IMG/VR virus record: IMGVR_UViG_3300039008_000041
Span: 1-40,629 of that record
DNA: 40,629 nt
Direction: 5' to 3' (one strand)
Origin: a virus
Shown: one piece after another, positions 40,439 to 40,629 of the stretch
How the letters are laid out: each line of letters opens with the position of its first letter
Position numbering within the stretch: the first letter of the stretch is position 1
Translations under genes and position numbers: made by a program
The notes under the pieces: model-generated
Databases searched by the model: none
Told to the model about the DNA's origin: nothing
What the model saw: the letters and a program-made list of their open reading frames with translations, nothing else

Positions 40439-40629
40439 ATGAAAAAATATAAACTAAGAGAAGACTTAACAATAGATATTTTTGGTAAAAAATTATTTAA
40501 AATTGAAGCTTTAATTGATATTGAAAAATATAATATTAAGAAAGGTGATTTAGGTGGCTATATTGAGAGTGAGAAAAATTTAGAAATATCTGGCGACGCT
40601 TGGGTATCTGGCGACGCTAGGGTATCTGG
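40439..40629 (+). CDS. N-terminal part of the hexapeptide-repeat protein (continues at position 2 after circularisation)
   Basis: Translates as ATG ... MKKYKLREDLTIDIFGKKLFKIEALIDIEKYNIKKGDLGGYIESEKNLEISGDAWVSGDARVS and runs off the window end. Bases 40489-40629 duplicate 1-141. Confidence 0.8.
   Translation, partial: MKKYKLREDLTIDIFGKKLFKIEALIDIEKYNIKKGDLGGYIESEKNLEISGDAWVSGDARVS
40489..40629. repeat. Terminal direct repeat, copy 2
   Basis: Identical to 1-141. Confidence 0.9.

Noticed and set aside
1-40629. Diversity-generating retroelement, retron, stop-codon reassignment, tRNA genes
   Set aside because: No reverse-transcriptase-like ORF occurs in any frame. There is no template/variable repeat pair near the fibre genes. 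The genes are contiguous under the standard code with all three stop codons in use. I found no cloverleaf-compatible GTTCRA T-loop context.

Overview
The window is essentially one complete, circularly closed genome of an AT-rich tailed phage. The unit length is 40,488 bp, and bases 1-141 are repeated exactly at 40489-40629. Gene content indicates a contractile tail: sheath, tube, chaperone with a -1 frameshift, tape measure, and Mu/P2-like baseplate hub, spike, W and J proteins.

Layout:
- Plus-strand early/accessory block, 40376 -> junction -> 7161. It holds a hexapeptide-repeat protein, an XRE regulator, YopX, a cREC-like receiver domain, NinB-like and YbcO-like proteins, a C5-methyltransferase, a Sak/Rad52-type annealase and a DnaQ-like exonuclease.
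- Long minus-strand block, 38133 -> 7287. It runs from VRR-NUC, SSB and small proteins, through the ParB-methyltransferase, small and large terminase and portal, to the head, connector, tail, baseplate and fibre genes and the lysis cassette.
- Short plus-strand replication-organiser block, 38838-40374.

I found no integrase, reverse transcriptase, tRNA, rRNA, CRISPR array, DNA polymerase or helicase.

Most notable observations:
1. The ORF track misses a 263-aa gene that wraps the window junction and carries about 24 near-identical 18-bp tandem repeats.
2. A promoter plus conserved mRNA leader (AGGTTAACAAATAGAAAGG) occurs at least six times, with a shorter variant at a seventh promoter.
3. A promoter-to-terminator small-RNA candidate (about 38216-38318) has a single-stranded segment complementary to that shared leader, including its Shine-Dalgarno.
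4. A transcriptionally insulated cassette of small genes with two GC-enriched structured segments (26084-28105), plus four unrecognisable beta-rich proteins (28107-30377), together split the normally adjacent portal and head-morphogenesis genes.

All functional calls rest on motif recognition by eye. No database search was possible.
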